IMG/VR virus record: IMGVR_UViG_3300038849_000072
Coordinates: 500-64,499 of that record
DNA: 64,000 nt
DNA from: a virus
Lineage: Duplodnaviria > Caudoviricetes
Direction: 5' to 3' (one strand)
Shown here: positions 28,874 to 38,233 of the stretch, piece by piece
Position numbering within the stretch: the first letter of the stretch is position 1
Layout of the letters: each line of letters begins with the position of its first letter
Notes under the pieces: model-generated
Seen by the model: the letters and a program-made list of their open reading frames with translations, nothing else
Databases searched by the model: none
What the model was told of the DNA's origin: nothing
Translations under genes and position numbers: made by a program

Positions 28874-29806
28874 ATGAGCGGTGAAATCGTATACGAGAAA
28901 CCCCATATCTTTCAACTCCGAGAATTAAACGCCGGATGGATGAACAAACTCACTGATGGAGTTAAATCATTCATTGACTCACATCATTTTTACCCGTCAG
29001 TATTCTACAACGAGAACGACATCAATCACCCGATTAACGGAATCAGATACGCAGTCCCTGATTTAGACAATTATTCAGGGGTGTTTGTTCATCAGGATGC
29101 TCCAGACACTCCCATTGCAGGATTTGACGGTATAGAGTTCAGATCCAGCATCACGAAAACTATCCGATGCATCACCAAAGCAAAGCAGTTGCTATGGACT
29201 GTGCAGGACTTAACGCACCTGAAACCATTGAACCCGTCAGAATATCATGAGAAACCATCTATTCAATTCTGCGGAACGGCAGTAAAGAGAACCGATGGGT
29301 CGATATTCACGCAGCAGGTACAGAGATTCAATGCACTGGAGGCCCTGAAAGAGTCCGGATTAGAACATGAGATCAACCTGAAGATTCAGAGATTCGATGC
29401 GGGTAAGTTCATCCTGGAGTCAGGTACGCACCTGTCTGATGAACAATATTGGAAACAGATGGAGGATCACCCGTATGGGTTATCTGTCCGTGGATGGGGC
29501 AATTGGGATTATCGGATGTATGAGATGTTAGCATCCGGCCGGATCCCGGTCCACATCAACACAGACGATGAGTTACTCTTTGAGAACTGGATTGATTGGG
29601 ATGAATTTATTGTAGTTGTAAACAATCCTGCAAAGATGAAAGCAGAGGTTGAAGAGTTTCACTCGCAATTCTCCGATAACAAATCATTACGACACCATCA
29701 GAAGCAGTTGGTAAAACTCTATCATGAGTTCTTATCGTTCCCTGCATTCTGTAAATGGTTTGGTGAATACTATGAGGATGACTTTAGGAAATGGGGATTA
29801 GAATGA
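28874..29806 (+). CDS. Exostosin (GT47)-like glycosyltransferase
   Basis: LSVRGWGNWDYRMYEMLASGRIPV...IDW resembles the exostosin PRG.G...R.YE.L..G.IPV motif. Confidence 0.6.
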   Translation: MSGEIVYEKPHIFQLRELNAGWMNKLTDGVKSFIDSHHFYPSVFYNENDINHPINGIRYAVPDLDNYSGVFVHQDAPDTPIAGFDGIEFRSSITKTIRCITKAKQLLWTVQDLTHLKPLNPSEYHEKPSIQFCGTAVKRTDGSIFTQQVQRFNALEALKESGLEHEINLKIQRFDAGKFILESGTHLSDEQYWKQMEDHPYGLSVRGWGNWDYRMYEMLASGRIPVHINTDDELLFENWIDWDEFIVVVNNPAKMKAEVEEFHSQFSDNKSLRHHQKQLVKLYHEFLSFPAFCKWFGEYYEDDFRKWGLE

Positions 29807-30066
29807 GTGAAATAATTGTATTCAGACTTGAAACCTGTCCGAACTGTGACCGGTTGGAAGAACTATTGAGAGAGAATGGTATCGAATTCAGAGAAGTGGA
29901 TTTAGAGGATACCCGGCACCCGGACATGATCACGATGCGGATGCATGGCATATTCCCCCAGGAAGCCCCGGTTATCCGGGTTAATTCATGTTATGCACAA
30001 TCAAAAACCATCTTCGATGGTTCTGAATTGTCAGGGACTGTAAAAGCAATGATAGGGATAGAATAA
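29791..30066 (+). CDS. Glutaredoxin/NrdH-like redoxin
   Basis: CPNC active site and a cis-Pro APVI motif. Confidence 0.8.
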   Translation: MGIRMSEIIVFRLETCPNCDRLEELLRENGIEFREVDLEDTRHPDMITMRMHGIFPQEAPVIRVNSCYAQSKTIFDGSELSGTVKAMIGIE

Positions 30067-30461
30067 TGGTTATTCTATCTATTGACTTTGACGGTACTAT
30101 CGTGAAAGATGAGTATCCTGGTATCGGTAAAGCCCTGCCTGGAGCAATACAGGCGATCAATGAACTGTATGATGATGGTTACTGCATCATCATCAACTCC
30201 TGCCGGGCACGGGAGAGAGAGGATGAGATGATTGATTGGTTGGATAAGAACGGAGTGAAATACTGTCATTGTAATGAGAATTGCCAGTGCCGTGTGGTTT
30301 CGTATCGCACGGACTGCCGGAAGATATCAGCCGACTGCATCATTGATGATAAGTCTTTGATGATGCTGAACCTGGAGCAGGATAACGGATGGCATAACGT
30401 GAAACACATGATCCGGCTGAAGTTCGGTGAGAATCATGAGAGGGAGTGTGGGAAGGAATGA
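30066..30461 (+). CDS. HAD-superfamily phosphatase
   Basis: DFDGT motif I and IIDD motif IV. Confidence 0.8.
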   Translation: MVILSIDFDGTIVKDEYPGIGKALPGAIQAINELYDDGYCIIINSCRAREREDEMIDWLDKNGVKYCHCNENCQCRVVSYRTDCRKISADCIIDDKSLMMLNLEQDNGWHNVKHMIRLKFGENHERECGKE

Positions 30462-31217
30462 CTAAAAATTCAGATGTTTCATGGATACCGAAGCCCGTCG
30501 GATGTTCGCTGAAACGATTCACAACCGATGAATTGAAAAACTGCCCGTTTTGTTATTGTGGAGCAACAGCAAAACAGTGGAATAAACGATACACCACTCA
30601 TATATGCCCCCAGTTCGGCGTGATTGGAGCAGTATGTTCAGACCCAGAAAATCTCTGCGACCAGTATGTTTTTTGCAAACGGGCTAGGGAATTACAAAAA
30701 ACGTGCCTGTCATCGATAGATAACATCACACTGATGGCAGAATCTGTCCGGAGAGGTCTTGCAACAGTTGAACCCGACACCCTCCCACAATGGGCGATTG
30801 ATGTGATTAATCATATGATTGATACCTGTAATATCAAAAATGAGGATTATGCACTAGGATATCTGGCAGCACTTGATGATGTGTTATACCTGCGCAAGCC
30901 GGAGGGAAAATGACGCATCCACACACTGATTGTATATATTACAGACTTATTCATGAGTATGGGATCGATTACCACTGTTGCACGCATCCAGATAAACAGG
31001 ATCCAACTGATGAGTATTGGGCAACATGCGAACAATCTTGCGATTATTATAACTTGGGGATAGAATGAAACTTGCAGTATGGCTCGATGAGCCATTGACG
31101 TTTTTAAAAATGATGGATTTTGAATCCATGCCTGAATTAGATTCTAAAATCATTGTCGATGGAGAGATATATTTTGTGCATAGGAGAAATCCAAGAGAAA
31201 TGTCCCTGCGTAAACCG

Positions 31218-31441
31218 GAGGTGCGGGAATGATTGCACCTTGCAAGCATCTAAACCACGATAAAACCGCATATCCACAACTTGAATTGAGAACTGAAGGC
31301 GAGATAACATATTGGTATAGACCGTATGAAACGCAGAATAAACGGTGCCAATATTGCAAAATTAAGCGGTTTAGGATTAATAATTATGTGGATTGTTATG
31401 AACCGGGATATTGCAGCGAATATGAGGTGCGGGAATGATTG
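31218..31441 (+). repeat. 18-bp exact direct repeats flanking ORF 31229-31438
   Basis: GAGGTGCGGGAATGATTG at 31218-31235 and 31424-31441. Confidence 0.8.
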
Positions 31442-31810
31442 GTGTGGAATTCATCCGGGAATTATTTAGACTCGATGAGTCTGATTACGACTTCAATTGT
31501 AGATGCACCACATACGATATGATTCAGTTGATGGGTAGTTCTGATGAATTGAGAAAGCGCAGAGTGGTTTGTAAAGGTTGTTTTGGAAGGAGATTGGACC
31601 GGTATCAATGAAGGATGCGAAATATGGTTGAATTTATTAAAGTGTATAAAGATGGTGATTGTTGGGGTGCATTTACCCGTGAGAACATTGTAGAGGGTGA
31701 ATGTGCGTTTGCAGACACCCCTCGCGAAGCAGCTCAGAACCTGTTTGATGAATTGAGAATGTGGGAAGGCAAACACAAAAAAGAAGCGATACAAGGAAAG
31801 GATTGGGATT

Positions 31811-32011
31811 ATGTGTAAGAACGTAACTGATGAGAAGATATGCCCGTTTATGAGCAAAAATAAAATCTCATACATCAATGAGGATGGCGGGGAGGAAGTT
31901 GAGTTTGCTCCTGTGATCTGCCAGAAAGAGCGATGCATGGCATGGGAATCGCATCATCCGGTGGATGAATATGATACATTTGAAGGCGGGAGATGCAGGT
32001 TGATACCATGA
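31811..32011 (+). CDS. Small Cys-rich protein
   Basis: KICPFMS...CQKERCMAW...GRCRLI. Confidence 0.6.
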   Translation: MCKNVTDEKICPFMSKNKISYINEDGGEEVEFAPVICQKERCMAWESHHPVDEYDTFEGGRCRLIP

Positions 32012-32761
32012 ATGATCCTATTCTTATTTTGCTTGAATGCCACTCAACACAAATTCGCGAGTTGTCAGATTTGCTTTTTAAACTCACAGAATCGCATTAC
32101 AAAGATAAATCCCGAATATCTGAACTCGAAACCGAAGTTAAGAGTCTTAAACGGTTGATACCATGATTGTATTTCAGTGTTCAAATTGTGAAAAAGACCC
32201 GTGTTTGATTATCTGTGACAATGCAGACACTCCGGAATATTGCCCGTTTACAGGCAGTATTGAACACCCGGATTGGAACATGATGAGAGTGATACCATGA
32301 AGATTGATGTGGAAACTCATTGCATAATCACCCGGGAAAACGGAGAACAGATTGTAGTTGATAATGTCTCTTCGATTGCGGTTATAATTGGATTTATGGG
32401 TCAGAAATACAATGCATTCAAAACGATCAACGAGTTGATATTAGACGGGAGATGGAAATGACTAACCGATGTCGTAAGGGGTGCCCGAATAAAGCGTATA
32501 TGGATCACGAATGGGTTTGTGCTGCTATAGATTGGGCTGAAGATAATGAACCGGGATTTGTTGTGCAGAAGTTCAGAATAATCGATATGAAACAACCCAC
32601 TCCTGAATGGTGCCCGCTGGAGGAGAAATGAAAACCATTCAGAACCAGTGCGGTGAGTGTTCGTGTGAAGTCATCATATACGAGGATGGAATGAGGCAGA
32701 TTAGCAAAATAAAATGGGATTGCATTGATCCCACCTGTCCATATTTGGGGAAGTGTGAATA

Positions 32762-33085
32762 ATGGCACGCATCAACCTCAAATTCTCGCCGGAGATGGAA
32801 TCCCTGATAATGCAGGGCAAGAAGATTTGCACCACTAGAGATGAACAGAAAGGAGAAATAGGCGATACGTTCATCGTTTGGGATAGAGAATACCGGATTG
32901 TAGGAATTGAATACGATGAATTGGAATATCTTGAAGCGTGGCACCTATTAGAAGGATTCGAGACTCCTGAACAATTTATTGATACATTAATGGAGTATTA
33001 TCCAACGTTGGTATCAGACGATACGTTATACCTCCATTGGTTTGCATATGTCGGCCCTGTTCAGGGGATGATGAAACATGGATGA
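32762..33085 (+). CDS. ASCH-domain protein
   Basis: LKF.......I..GKK..T.R ASCH signature. Confidence 0.75.
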   Translation: MARINLKFSPEMESLIMQGKKICTTRDEQKGEIGDTFIVWDREYRIVGIEYDELEYLEAWHLLEGFETPEQFIDTLMEYYPTLVSDDTLYLHWFAYVGPVQGMMKHG

Positions 33086-33223
33086 ATTGCTCAATTGCAC
33101 TTGCGGAACATCACCAAAACTAGATAACATGCATCAATGGTTTTTCGTTCAGTGCCCAAAATGCCATAGTCGCACGAATTACTATTTAGAACCTGAATTA
33201 GCGGTTACGGAGTGGAATAAACC

Positions 33224-34732
33224 ATGAACTACTTTTCTCACTTTTTAGTAAAACCAAATACCGTTCAACTCCGTGATTATCAAACCACAATATCTGAAAA
33301 AGCATTAAACGAGAATACATTAGTTATTCTGCCGACAGGACTTGGAAAGACGACTATCGCCCTGATGGTTATCGCTCAACGGATCACCGGAGAGAGAAAA
33401 TGCGTGTTAGTTGCACCTACAAAGCCACTGTGTGAGCAGCACTTTGATTATTTCTCTAAACACCTGCCATATACCTCAGTCAGGATCCTCACCGGAGAGT
33501 TACCATCTCATGACAGATTGACAGAGTGGAACGATGCACAAGTCATCATAGCAACCCCTCAAACACTTGAGAACGATATCAAAAACAAAGTGTATGACTT
33601 CGCCCGGGCTTCTGTGCTGGTAGTGGATGAAGCTCACCGGGCTGTAGGAGGATATGCCTATACGTTTTTGGCTCAAGAGTTTCAGAATACATCCAATGAG
33701 CCGCTCATACTTGCGATGACTGCATCACCTGGAGGGAACGAAGAGAAAGTGAACGGCATCAAAGAGGCATTGTTTATCTCACAGGTTCTTTCTCGAAACG
33801 AGGAATCACCGGACGTTAAGCCGTATGTCCATGAGAAAGAGATAGATAGGCTTTACCTGGATTTACCTGAACCGCTCAAGAGAGCTTCAACCGTATTTCA
33901 GTCTGTTATTTCTGACCGGGTGAAACAGATCCGTGAGATCGGTATCAAGTGCTCTTCTCAGGTAAGCATGAAAGAGTTGAACCGGATCAAAGCAGAGGCA
34001 ACCAAACTGATAGGAGAGCAGAACGGATCCGGGTATCAGTTAGCAGCGGTCCACGCTGAAGTGATGAAACTCAAACATGCTATCCTGGTAGCAGAGACAC
34101 AGGGGATCCTGCCGTTACTCAAATACATGGACAAGATGTCTTCAGACGGCACGAAGAGCTCAAAGCGGATCATGGCAGAACCGGATATCCAATATCTCTA
34201 TCGTGATCTTACTAACTTGAAACAGGGAGAGATCCATCCTAAGGTGCTTCGGTTGCCTGCTATCGTGATTAACCAGCTGAACAAGTATCCTGATAGTAAG
34301 ATCCTGATATTTGCTTCGTTCCGTGATACCGGAGCGTATATTGCAGATGTGTTGAAACATCAGGGGATTAAGTGCAGCGTATTTACCGGGCAAAGTGCCA
34401 GAGGCAAAGAGAAAGGCATGTCACAAAAGAAGCAGCAGGAGGTTATTCAGCGGTTCAGGGATGGAGAGTTTCAGGTTCTCATCAGTACATCGATTGGAGA
34501 AGAGGGTTTAGATATCCCATCAACAGACGTAATCATCAACTATGAACCGGTATCGTCAGAGATCCGGGCAATTCAGCGCAGAGGGAGAACCGGCAGGTTT
34601 GCAGCAGGCAGGATAATTGAACTGATAACGAAAGACACACTGGATGAAACCAGTCTGTTTATCAGTCTGCGTAAAGAGGAGAAGATGAGGAACGGGATAA
34701 CCGGGATAGTCGAGCAAAAAGCATTATCCTGA
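33224..34732 (+). CDS. hef: Hef/FANCM-like SF2 helicase without the nuclease domain
   Basis: LRDYQ, PTGLGKT, APTKPL, DEAHRA, MTASPG, IGEEGLDIP and QRRGRTGR motifs. Confidence 0.9.
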   Translation: MNYFSHFLVKPNTVQLRDYQTTISEKALNENTLVILPTGLGKTTIALMVIAQRITGERKCVLVAPTKPLCEQHFDYFSKHLPYTSVRILTGELPSHDRLTEWNDAQVIIATPQTLENDIKNKVYDFARASVLVVDEAHRAVGGYAYTFLAQEFQNTSNEPLILAMTASPGGNEEKVNGIKEALFISQVLSRNEESPDVKPYVHEKEIDRLYLDLPEPLKRASTVFQSVISDRVKQIREIGIKCSSQVSMKELNRIKAEATKLIGEQNGSGYQLAAVHAEVMKLKHAILVAETQGILPLLKYMDKMSSDGTKSSKRIMAEPDIQYLYRDLTNLKQGEIHPKVLRLPAIVINQLNKYPDSKILIFASFRDTGAYIADVLKHQGIKCSVFTGQSARGKEKGMSQKKQQEVIQRFRDGEFQVLISTSIGEEGLDIPSTDVIINYEPVSSEIRAIQRRGRTGRFAAGRIIELITKDTLDETSLFISLRKEEKMRNGITGIVEQKALS

Positions 34733-35002
34733 TTTCTTATTTTTATCTATTGCGATTCTTAACGTACTGCCTATCTGTTCAACCCTCATGGATTCAAGTG
34801 ATTCAATGCGTTTTTTCATCTCGTTAATCTCTGATTGTAGTGATTCAATAGAGGGCGATTCGGACTCTTCGCGCTCTAATTTCTCTCTGATGGATTTATC
34901 TACAAAATCCGTTATACTTCGATATTTGAGTGAATCAACTAATTCTTGTATTTTTTCTTTGTTTTCCGCTTTAATCCGAATTGTTATAGATGGATCAGCC
35001 AT
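34724..35002 (-). CDS. RHH regulator with a coiled-coil tail (start adjusted to 35002)
   Basis: MADPSITIRIKAENKEKIQELVDSLKYRSITDFVDKSIREKL. Confidence 0.8.
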   Translation of the reverse strand: MADPSITIRIKAENKEKIQELVDSLKYRSITDFVDKSIREKLEREESESPSIESLQSEINEMKKRIESLESMRVEQIGSTLRIAIDKNKKSG

Positions 35003-35005
35003 TGA

Positions 35006-35093
35006 GTAAGACAAATATTTCATTTTACTTAATTTTAAGAGTTGCACGCATTTGTAAGAATTATGCTTATCTTTAAGTAGATGTAAGACAAAT
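35006..35093. promoter_or_regulatory. GTAAGA repeats in a divergent promoter
   Basis: GTAAGACAAAT at 35006 and 35083; GTAAGAATTAT at 35054. Confidence 0.55.
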
Positions 35094-35112
35094 GATATAA
35101 TAGCGCCGGGAG

Positions 35113-35271
35113 GTGATTAAAATTCAGTCTGTGACGATAAGAGCACCAAGGAAGGTTGTGGATGCAATTGATAACGCATTGGATCCATTAACCGGAGAAA
35201 CCAGAAGCACGTTTTTAAGAATTGCAGCCATTGAACGGCTTGAGAAACTTGGTATTAATGTGAGAGAATGA
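35113..35271 (+). CDS. Small RHH (cro-like) regulator, 52 aa
   Basis: Own translation MIKIQSVTIRAPRKVVDAIDNALDPLTGETRSTFLRIAAIERLEKLGINVRE; GGGAGG ribosome site. Confidence 0.7.
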   Translation: MIKIQSVTIRAPRKVVDAIDNALDPLTGETRSTFLRIAAIERLEKLGINVRE

Positions 35272-36134
35272 GAAAAAAAGGGATAAAGGAAAATCCCACC
35301 ACTAACTCAGGTGATGAGGGATTTAAAGAGTTCATATCCATATCTGCTTTGAGAACTAATGAAGGTTTTCACATTGTTCAGATGTTTGGATATGATATTC
35401 GTGTGGATGTGAGAGGAATAGAACCTTGGTTTGTAGTTCAAGACTTTTCAGATGCATTGGGGATTGCACGAAATACCATCCCGAAAATGATTGAACGAAA
35501 TTCATCATTGTTTGAAGGATGGGTCTCTTCGGTAGACGTAACATACCCCGAGGAAAAATCCTCTAAATTGAAAAATCTGAACAATTCAGGGAGTTCATTA
35601 TTAGTCATGAATGAACAGGCCACATATTCAGTATTAAGTCGGTTGTCATCAGGCAGGATGAAATCTGAATTAGCAAAGGTCGCTGTGTTGAAGTTTCAGC
35701 GTGCATTCCCTGAACTCCTGAAGATGATTCGGACAGGAGAACTCATTGTTGTCAAGAACGAGGAATGGGATCTTAAGAGGTACCTGAGCAAAGACGGGTA
35801 TAAGCGGATGAGTAAATCCATTCATGATTTCATTAATACATTAGCACGCAACCCGGAACATGAAATTCGTGTGCATACCAACAATGCGATAATGATTAAT
35901 AAAATCGTGTTCGGGCAACATTTCAAAGGGATTCGTGATACTGCTACAATAAAACAACTTGAAGCAGTATACGCACTTGATTCTCTGAACAGTTCATTAA
36001 TTGAGCAGGGGATCAACGTTCAAAAGGAGAGACAGAAGATCTTAACCGATTACTATAATCGGCACTTCGGAGATATTCGGGTATCACTCCCGAAACAATC
36101 TCTTTTGTTCAATGGATGTGAGTTAAATGGCTAA
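35268..36134 (+). CDS. Bro-N-type antirepressor-like protein
   Basis: FGYDIRV...EPWFVVQDFSDALG...VMNEQATY. Confidence 0.7.
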   Translation: MRKKGIKENPTTNSGDEGFKEFISISALRTNEGFHIVQMFGYDIRVDVRGIEPWFVVQDFSDALGIARNTIPKMIERNSSLFEGWVSSVDVTYPEEKSSKLKNLNNSGSSLLVMNEQATYSVLSRLSSGRMKSELAKVAVLKFQRAFPELLKMIRTGELIVVKNEEWDLKRYLSKDGYKRMSKSIHDFINTLARNPEHEIRVHTNNAIMINKIVFGQHFKGIRDTATIKQLEAVYALDSLNSSLIEQGINVQKERQKILTDYYNRHFGDIRVSLPKQSLLFNGCELNG

Positions 36135-36705
36135 ATGTCCTGAATTATTTCATAAATTTAAAGTGTATTCTGAATCGTGTGGTATTGGAAATCCTAAGGA
36201 TATGGAGAGACATATCCAGATAGTTGAAGAGATATCAGAAGAGTTTGATATCCATGAGGATAAGATATACTTACTTTTCCCGATGACCTCATCAAAGAAA
36301 CTTGCGAAGTATCCAAAGGATTCAAAAGTCAGAAAGAATGTAACTCAAAAGATTGTGAACGCAATCAACGACAATAACCGAGTTACAAGTAAAACCGTTG
36401 ATCTCTGGTTACATGATGAGGGAGTACCAATCAGATTAAAACCGGTATCCCCTGCAAAAATAGCAAAGAAAGCAGATATCGATCCTGCAATATTCAATCA
36501 GAATAACCATTCTGAAATCGCTTCGGTTGTCGGTTCAGGAGATATCAAATCAAAGATATACGCTCTAAAGTCTGCATTAACTCCAGGGCAACTTTCAATA
36601 CTGAATGACATCATGTTGAAGTATGATCATAATGATGAACTTGGAGCAATATCATTAGCATTGATTTGGGCTAAGGAGAGATTGGAGAATGAGCAGCGAA
36701 GTTAA
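36127..36705 (+). CDS. Hypothetical protein sharing an N-terminal domain with the DUF5131 protein
   Basis: Manual alignment of the first ~100 aa with ORF 23827. Confidence 0.55.
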   Translation: MAKCPELFHKFKVYSESCGIGNPKDMERHIQIVEEISEEFDIHEDKIYLLFPMTSSKKLAKYPKDSKVRKNVTQKIVNAINDNNRVTSKTVDLWLHDEGVPIRLKPVSPAKIAKKADIDPAIFNQNNHSEIASVVGSGDIKSKIYALKSALTPGQLSILNDIMLKYDHNDELGAISLALIWAKERLENEQRS

Positions 36706-37627
36706 AGTGTGCCGGGTTTGTGGGTGTGTATTAGTTGTGGGGATGAATATATTACAAAGCCAAATCATGAAACACGATTATATGTGCAAATCTTGTAGAA
36801 GTGTGTATCAGCGATCATATCAACAATCACATCACAAACCGCGGCAACAACCAGATCCAAAGAAACTAGAAAAATTGCAACCGCCGATGTGTAAAAAATG
36901 TGGCGCTGTATTAGTTGAAGGGGAAAATTGGTATTCATCATTTAAAAAAAATGGATTTCACTCTTGTAAAGATTGCACAAAAAAATATCGAGCACAAAAA
37001 TCAGAATCCCGTAAGAACAATATGGATGTACACCACAACTGTAAATTTTGCGGAGAACTGTTGATAATTGGAGAAAATTATACTGCCAACAGATATGGCA
37101 ATTATCAGTATTTTTGTAATAATTGTCGTCGTGAAAATGCAGCAACATGGCAGAAAAAAAACCCAAACTATCATTTACAATATAGTAGAGTATGGAGAGA
37201 GAACAATAGGGAACATTTACGCGAGAGAGATAGAAAATATAAAAATCTACATCGAGATAGGGTTCGCAGGAATGAACGAATTCGAAGACATAACAACCCC
37301 GAACCATTCAGATTACGGCACAAACACTGGGTAGAGAGAAATCCAGATAAAGTAAAGATGCTGAGGAAAAAATATTATGAAAATAATTCAGATAAACTGA
37401 TAATAAAACGCCGTAAATGGTATGAATTGAACCGGGATGCGATTTTAGAGAATAGGAAACTTAACTCCGCACAATATGCAGAGTATAAAAGGCGGATGAG
37501 ATCCCGCAATATGACTTTAAAAATTGAATCATACATCAAATACCGACAAGAACGAGAAGAGATGCACAGAATAGAGGATGCATTCTCGTTTCTTGATTCG
37601 TGCATCTCCGGAGAGGTTGAAGCATGA
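36689..37627 (+). CDS. Triple zinc-finger, highly basic protein
   Basis: Three C..CG..L..G.N...C..C repeats followed by K/R-rich helices. Confidence 0.7.
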   Translation: MSSEVKVCRVCGCVLVVGMNILQSQIMKHDYMCKSCRSVYQRSYQQSHHKPRQQPDPKKLEKLQPPMCKKCGAVLVEGENWYSSFKKNGFHSCKDCTKKYRAQKSESRKNNMDVHHNCKFCGELLIIGENYTANRYGNYQYFCNNCRRENAATWQKKNPNYHLQYSRVWRENNREHLRERDRKYKNLHRDRVRRNERIRRHNNPEPFRLRHKHWVERNPDKVKMLRKKYYENNSDKLIIKRRKWYELNRDAILENRKLNSAQYAEYKRRMRSRNMTLKIESYIKYRQEREEMHRIEDAFSFLDSCISGEVEA

Positions 37628-38233
37628 GCGGGTGGTTTAAATCTGCTAAATATTCAGACAAAACCCGATGGATTAATGCAGATAATGTGTCGTGGGTTTA
37701 TGTTTGGAACAATGTAAAGCCCCATGTATGGTATGCTGTGATTGCCGGGAAAGAAATTGAGATAGAACCGAAGATTTATTCAGATCCATTTAAGGAGATA
37801 TAATATGAAAGACTTTACAAAAGAAGAACTGGAAGAGGGAAGGCCGCATGAGAATGCATTATATCTCATCGATTTCTGTTTAGATGCATTATACGCGGAC
37901 AAAATACATACGATTGATCAGGACTTTGCAAATAATAGATTAACTTATGAAGAACTCATAGGCACTCTACTGAAAGCAAAGGATACGCTTATCGAACTAC
38001 AAAAAGAAAATGATGAGTGGGCTGATGCCTATTACAACGAATGAAACCAGATGAACTCCTCTTCTTCTTTCTTTTCGTCATCATCTCAATATGCTCGTTT
38101 ATTCTCTCGTTTGTAAACCTGATGGATGCAGCCGTCAGAGCAGGGATATTACCTCTACTCTCACCATTATGGCGGTTCCCCCATGCGTGTGTGGATGATT
38201 GGTTTTGTATCTGATGAGATCTTAACCGGGATA

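Noticed and set aside
28062-28874. HNH gene as part of a self-splicing intron in nrdD
   Set aside because: The mini-NrdD ends with its natural C-terminal motif, no second exon follows, and no group I core motifs were seen.
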